From Lingula anatina (Eukaryota; Animalia; Brachiopoda), in the NCBI GenBank assembly GCA_051362555.1, contig CM120643.1, positions 18,914,848-18,978,847 of the forward strand: a stretch of DNA of 64,000 nucleotides, given 5' to 3'. Under the pieces are notes generated by a model. That model did not search any database and was not told the origin of the DNA. It saw only the letters and a program-made list of their open reading frames with translations. Shown piece by piece: positions 57,701 to 64,000 of this stretch (position 1 is the first letter of the stretch; each line of letters opens with the position of its first letter). Position numbers and translations under genes: made by a program.

Positions 57701-57790
57701 TTTATGACCCTAGATTTTAATGTGCAAATACAGCTGTGTGCATCTCTTATTTAAGTGACAGTTTTAAGTAGGGTACAGTATGCCTTTTAA
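54783..57790 (-). repeat. ~3-kb tandem segmental duplicate of ~51330-54545 (promoter, signal exon, CTL1 exons)
   Basis: Colinear similarity through exons, introns and upstream region; boundaries approximate. Confidence 0.85.
55206..57443 (-). CDS. secreted single-domain C-type lectin (exons 57374-57443, 55662-55904, 55206-55360), EPN/WND
   Basis: MPDNWAILKLFLLVFVVQDARTQ; LWIGISD; EPNDLNNNEDC..WNDRDC..FVCERKRKLQGLVSLS*; the last splice donor is deleted. Confidence 0.75.
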
Positions 57791-59484
57791 GTATTTTATT
57801 CGCTGCACGCTCCGAGATTTGTATGTAAAAGCACAATTGCGTTCTTCATTTGCACCACTGAAAAAAATCACTTAGACAAAAAACTTTAAACAAATACAAT
57901 AGTAATTGTAAATAATTCAATGAAATGAGTGCTGCTACATTGAACTACTACATTAAAGAATCACTCCCTACATTCTCGCTTTTAAATATCTAAACACATA
58001 TTTTTAAAAATAATTGGTAAATTTCAACATTACATCATACAGTATCTCTAAAACTGTGCGTAATAAGGTTATTTACAAAAAAAGTTGCATAATGTCCGTT
58101 TCCGACAGCCAATGACAGAAATGTGTTAATAACTGTATCATGAAAATATATTTGTTTCTTAACTTTATAAATACAAACTTGATGTAAAAATATATTTGGT
58201 CGTACTGTATAAGTGAATACAATTGAGAAGTCTTCATCTATGGCAATTTAAATATTTTTCGACCCAAATATCTTAGATATTTTTCCCGGTTGTTGTCGTT
58301 TTAATAGAGCTGACATTTGGAATGGGGTCTAAGAAATGACAACTATCTGTAATTTTGATATATCTCTAAAACAGTCCAGACAGCTAAATTGCAAACATTT
58401 GATTCTTAATGTTATTCATGTAATTTGACTTTTAAAACTAAACTTGTAAAACATTCCTGTTAAAAAAAAAAAAGGTTCATGACAAGTCGGCCATGGGTTC
58501 GTGAGTTTTATGATCTCGTATCTGTAATAATATCAAAAGGTATTCTCTGTAAAACAATAAAAGAGCCCCTTAAGTGTGTATATGTGTGTATGTGGGTATG
58601 GGGGAGCTAGAATGGACACCCCAATCCAGTCAGTCGATCAAAATGCAGTCTTCTAAATACGTCGTTTTTACTCCGACCATAGATGGGAATCCAACAACTT
58701 GAGCTATTTATGAATTTATCATAACGTTTACCAATCCGATTTAATTGCATGGACCTAATACAATGTATCACTAGATTACGATTATGTTTCAGAGAGGTCC
58801 GTTTCACAGCTGTTATTTTGTCACATCATCACGGTACCCGGTGCAGTGGGTATTCGGTAAATCTCTCCCTAGACTTCTTGATTCACTGTCCAAATAACCA
58901 AGACTCGGGGGATCTGGTAATCGTTTTATGCAACGCAGTTTACATAACATCAGGTATTTCATTTCCTAATAACATATTTTGGCTACTGCGATCCTGTGTC
59001 ATACATTTGGCCCCGGTGACATTTGAAACAGTTAATTAAGTTCAAAGGTCGAAAAGTGGTTACAAAAGTCACACATGTCACCCCAGCTTTCACTTAACGT
59101 CTCTGTCCACTATCAGATTCAACACAGTAAGTAAATACATCTTATCCAAAATATACTAAAAATACCCCGTTATTTAGCGATACAGAAGCAAGGAGTGTTG
59201 CTCGACAGATAACCCTACGTGCTAGACGCAACGGAGACGTCTCTAAAAGTAGTGATCAATTCTCTTCTGTCACACACGGTCATGTTCCCTCTGCTGTATT
59301 GCACCATCAATTAAGGTGTGCACAACGTGCACGGTGTGAGACAAATGTCACCAGATATGACATCTTGTACCAGTTTGTCATCAAAACAGAAAATCATTCA
59401 GACAAGTTATTAAAAATATGCTCGCATTTGTTTACTTCTGAATTATTCGATTTTTGTGTCTTCACAAAACCATCACCCTTTCCT

Positions 59485-59524
<40 letters not shown>

Positions 59525-59686
59525 TCTCTCTCTGCTTTAGCTCCGCTTTTAACATCACGCCACAAATAATAATAATAATAATAATAATAATAAACATAAC
59601 TCGCTAAAATTGTATTTGTTATAAAACATCATCAATAGTGTTCATTAATAAAAAGAATACAAAAGAATTAGAAAGATAAAACTCAC

Positions 59687-62600
59687 CAGCTATTGGCTTG
59701 GCTAAATCTTCATCAATTTTCCCATCTCCGTCGTCATCTTTAAATCAGAATAAAACAACAAAATTTTAATCAATAGCATAAAACTTGCAAGTTTTTGAAC
59801 GTACATGATTTGAAGAATGCGAACAAAATGTAAAAAGGTTATTCGGTTTGAACAGTCGTAAAATGACAGCACTACTGATCGCCCATGAAATACCCAAGGC
59901 TGGTAAGGAAACCCAAAAGGCGTGTCAAGTCAATTAAAATGAGGTTTTCAGTTCTAAAAATAAAAAAAAATTAACACTGGAGAGCACCTCAAAGGTGCAA
60001 ACATCCGCCAAGAAACAGTCATACCCGTATTCAGTTGAATCGCAACCATATCATACTGTACAGGCCCTAACTATCCCGATAATTTGATCAAAATTGGAGG
60101 AAAAAAGCATTGAAATATTTTAAAAAAGACCAACAGTAGAGCAAACACCGGTGAAAACAACCTTCTTCGTCGGCGGAGGTAATTAAAAATGTAAGACAAA
60201 GGTCAGCCTCTATGGCACAATGTATGTAAAGGCACTGCTCAAATGACATAATCCCGGTTAGATAGATAGCGTTATAAGCGCCACGTGGTCACGACGTTGT
60301 CACACCGTGACAGCAACCAAGTATCCATGAAGTTTTTATTTATTTATTTTTTTTTTACGATAAATACAAATAAAGTGTCAATAGGCTTATAAAAGGCAAG
60401 CCATGCATTATTAAGAGCCGTGTCCATGGAGACATTTTCACATTTTCATCTGCGTGCACACGTAGGCCTACCTTTGTGCTTGGAGTTCATGTTTCTTTTC
60501 GGCATTGTGTACATCATCAATTGTATTCCATTAGCGTAGCGATTTTACAAAGTGTATTCTTACCTTTTCCATTTTGGAGTTCCTCATCAATGGTGCCGTC
60601 GCAGTCGTTATCAATTCCGTCTCCAACTACTGGTGGACTGACGGTGCACGGCTGCAACAAACATGGTAAAGTTGGTGTCTATGTAAATTTAAACATTTTG
60701 ACATACGTAAGAACGAAAGCCATACCATTATTACTGTACAAAACTGAATTTCCAGAGAAGGGTACAATTAGCAACCTCCTGCTTGAAATGATATTTTTCT
60801 ATCCATCTATTTACTGATATAAATAAATAGATAAAGTAATACATAAAAAGTAAAGAAAGAATATGTAAGTCGATGCAAAGATGAATTGACAAAGTTTAAC
60901 AATACATTGAAAAAATTACAGGTGTCAAACTGAAATCTATTCATTTTTTTAAAATTTGTCTCTTTGGTGATAAATATGGAGTCCACTCACAGCATTAATA
61001 GCAGCCAATCTGAGACCGGCCGGATACCCGTACGATTCAGGAGCGACCCTCCCGTACATATATCCCGCGAATGTCACGGTGGGGTTGGTGTGGCGGAGAG
61101 TGTGGGTGCCGTGGGTGACCTGAAGCGATCCCACCACGTACGGTGAGCCGGCTACGTCAGTCCATTTAACGCTGGATGGCAACGGCTTGCCGTCGAAGAT
61201 AAGACCACCACGCTCTGTCTTTTTGATCACGAAGTCAACGTAGTTGGTGTAATCACCGGTCACACCTCTATTGACAGAAAGAAAGAGAGATGATGAAAAA
61301 GTTTTTTTTCAATAATGGTAATAAAAAAATGTCACTTTTAGCTACTTGTTCCATCTAAATCTGCCATTACGTAACTACATGTTAAACTTGAACATATGTG
61401 CGTGCGTGCGTGTGCATGTGTGTGTCAAAAATGTCAATACTAACTTTGGGGTGGCGAATGTGTAATCAGCAGCGTACTGTTCTGTGGGTGGGATCATAAC
61501 CATTGCAGGGTCACTCGCGTCACCGGCACCTGTCAGAATAAACTTAATCAGCATCACCGGTTTGTCCGCTGTGACTGTGGCTGTCTGGCCCTTGTTGGTG
61601 TAGAATTGTCTGAAACCTCCCTCTTTTGGTATAGTGTAAGTACCCACACCGCTTACTGTCACCTGAAACAGTCGATATTAATATTAACATAACATCGATG
61701 AACAGTTATTATTTTGCTCACTGGCAATCTCGTTTATGAAATTATGATTTCAATTAGTTTCACAACCACTTCAGTATTATGACAATATTGACTTTTTATT
61801 TAACTCTTCGTTGTTCTTAATGTCTTTCTGGTTTTTAAGAAAGTTGAACTGAGCCTCAATTTTAGACAATGTATTATTCTTATTATTTTATCATGATTCT
61901 TCTTATTGTTAGCTCTGTTAATTTTTCTTTATCAAGACACGAGTGAAGTGTAAATCATCAGTGAATGTCAGTAAGCACCGTTAAGGGCAGTATTCCGGCT
62001 ACAGATATGAAATAATACGGAACAATGCAAGGTCTGTCTGCGTCGCCCTGTACCTTGAAATTGGTGTAAGGATAGTTTTGAAAGATACACTGTACATGTA
62101 TAACGGCATCTAACCTCTCTTGATTACAATACAGGAACAGTGTATAGATATTCCCAAACCATTATGTACCTTTTGGGTCACATCTCTTCGTACTTAATCA
62201 GTGGATCTATTTCTTTTTTTTGTAATATTGTTTGGAACAGCGGGAAGAGTCGAGCGCTAGTTACACTCGGTCACAACTCTGATTCGACATCCCGATATTT
62301 TCGAGTCATGCTGTACTTACCTTAGTATCAGGCTCCGAAGCGATGACTTTGTAGTAATCTCCTATAGCTCTATCCGGCGTGGGAGCAGTGACAAATGCTT
62401 TTCCCCAAGTCACGACGGGGGGCAGCATCTCCACTAAATGATCTTGCGTACCGGCCTGAGTGGCCACAGCAGGCGTCTTCATTACAGCAGTTTTCTGGTT
62501 TCCACTAAGAACGGCTATGGGTTTGGTACCAGTGATGCGTGTTCCGCTCAAGTCACCAGCAGTATGAAGCTGCAGAGCGTCGTATGCGTCGAGTTTGACG

Positions 62601-63781
62601 GTGAAAGACTCTCCATTCCTATATGTCTTGCCTCCATAGGTCACTACGTTTTTGTCCATCAGGTTGCCCAGTTTGATGGTAACTCTTGTGTTGTCGCTGA
62701 TGCCAACCACGTTGATCATAGACTGCCTGCCTGCCGGAGAGTTGGGATACCAACTGACCGCGAAATAGTCTTTCTCCAAGACGTCAACGGGCAGAGCAAG
62801 GAAAGAGTCTGCTGAAGCCGACTCTTTGTTATTTCCGTACACTGTAATCTCCCCGCCAACTGAAGTCACCAAAATGGCCTTTTTGGCTACCTCAGTACCT
62901 ATTAAGTGCAGATTTTTGTCAATGGTAACTTTTTGGACATTACCGGCTGTAACAGTGAATTTTTGGTCCACTTTTGGGGAGGTCCACTTTGGGGATTGGA
63001 CGTGCACTGCAACCGGTGTTTTAGAATTCGTTGTCACAAACATTTCAAGGTCAGTATTCAAGAGGTTTTCTCCAAAAGCGAAGACAAATCTATTGCCTCG
63101 ATTGTCCGGTGCCCCTACATAGTTGGCTCGCAATGTCGCATCTTCAATAAGAGAGAATGGGACATAAAAATAATACCTACAGTGACAAAATACGTGTTAG
63201 AACAAATGAATACAGTTTGTCCCAGTTTAAATGTAACCCAGCTTGAACACCATTAATTTTCTGTTTACAAACTATATGTATATGATCAATATATTTCTGA
63301 AAAATATAGAGAAGTTAGCATATCTACTGCTACAAACAACATACCACTAACTCAAAGATTTTATCGTCATTTATGATGCCAAATGCAAATACTTATTAGG
63401 ATGTAAGATAAAAAAAAACTGCAACAGAATTACGTATAACAGGGAAAGTGTTTTACTTAGAGATATTATAAATAGAATTAAAATTATAAATTTTCAACCC
63501 AAATAGAAGGCAATCTAGACTTTTCCTTGTGCACGTACGACTCAAGAAATTTGGATTCCTATTTAAGAAAACAATACACTTATCCCTTTCTTAAAAGCCT
63601 CACAGTAAAATTTCACTCATTCCATTTTTATAAAGACATCTTTAAAAAACAGCACAAAACAATAATTGAAAAATACTTGTATATTAATAGCAGAAATCTT
63701 CAATTCCATGGAATTTCACTTACCTATGCTCGGGCTAACAGCCGCGAGAAGGGCAACCAGTAGCACTGCGCCCCGCCACAT
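59687..63781 (-). CDS. secreted IgGFc-binding (FCGBP N-terminal-like) domain protein; exons 63724-63781, 62321-63141, 61445-61662, 60991-61267, 60564-60651, 59687-59737; 3' end unresolved
   Basis: Signal exon MWRGAVLLVALLAAVSPSI; PDNRGNRFVFAF, SADSFLALPVDVL, DLSGTRITGTKPIAVLSGN, DHLVEMLPPVVTWGK, DPAMVMIPPTEQY, YMYG..ESYGYPAG; then DGIDNDCDGTIDEE and DDDGDGKIDED. Confidence 0.88.
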
Positions 63782-64000
63782 CTTTAATCGCTACCTTGTA
63801 CAACTTAAAGCCTCAGCCGAGAAGCGAACGCTGTATATATATGTAAGTATTGCACGACCCCCTTACGTAGCTGGTGTGACATCACACGAGTTCAAATATG
63901 TCCAGGTGCTGGAGTCGCCGGGGCCGTGGTCAATAACAAGAGCGAGGAGAGGATTATGGAGTATCTAGGCGATAAAGCAATCAGCTGCTGTGCGCGATAT

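Overview
AT-rich, intron-containing animal DNA, most consistent with a lophotrochozoan such as a mollusc (inference from gene content). (1) 1-10 kb, + strand: tandem cluster of GT7 beta-1,4-Gal/GalNAc-transferase (bre-4-like) copies: one complete 6-exon gene, one truncated by the window edge and one 3'-only duplicate, plus Tc1 and CR1 remnants. (2) 10.9-54.2 kb, - strand: giant secreted modular protein gene (signal peptide, 2 C-type lectin, 6 VWA, TSP1, 3 ShK, 12 VWC-like modules with Gly-Thr linkers). Upstream of it lie a partial duplicate that has become a single-domain lectin, and an IgGFc-binding-domain gene. (3) Inside one intron is a 13.8-kb Ty3/Gypsy LTR retrotransposon (25753-39518) with apparently identical 414-bp LTRs, TATC TSD, tRNA-Ser-like PBS, PPT and a -1 frameshift. 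Its accessory set is very unusual: a ComEA-like helix-hairpin-helix at the Gag N-terminus, a PHD finger at the integrase C-terminus, and an env-position ORF3 encoding a TatD-family nuclease with intact motifs, apparently expressed by splicing from an LTR donor. Its RT is split by a 1.3-kb MITE. The TatD/PHD/HhH retrotransposon is the best candidate for an undescribed system. All coordinates and translations were read by eye.
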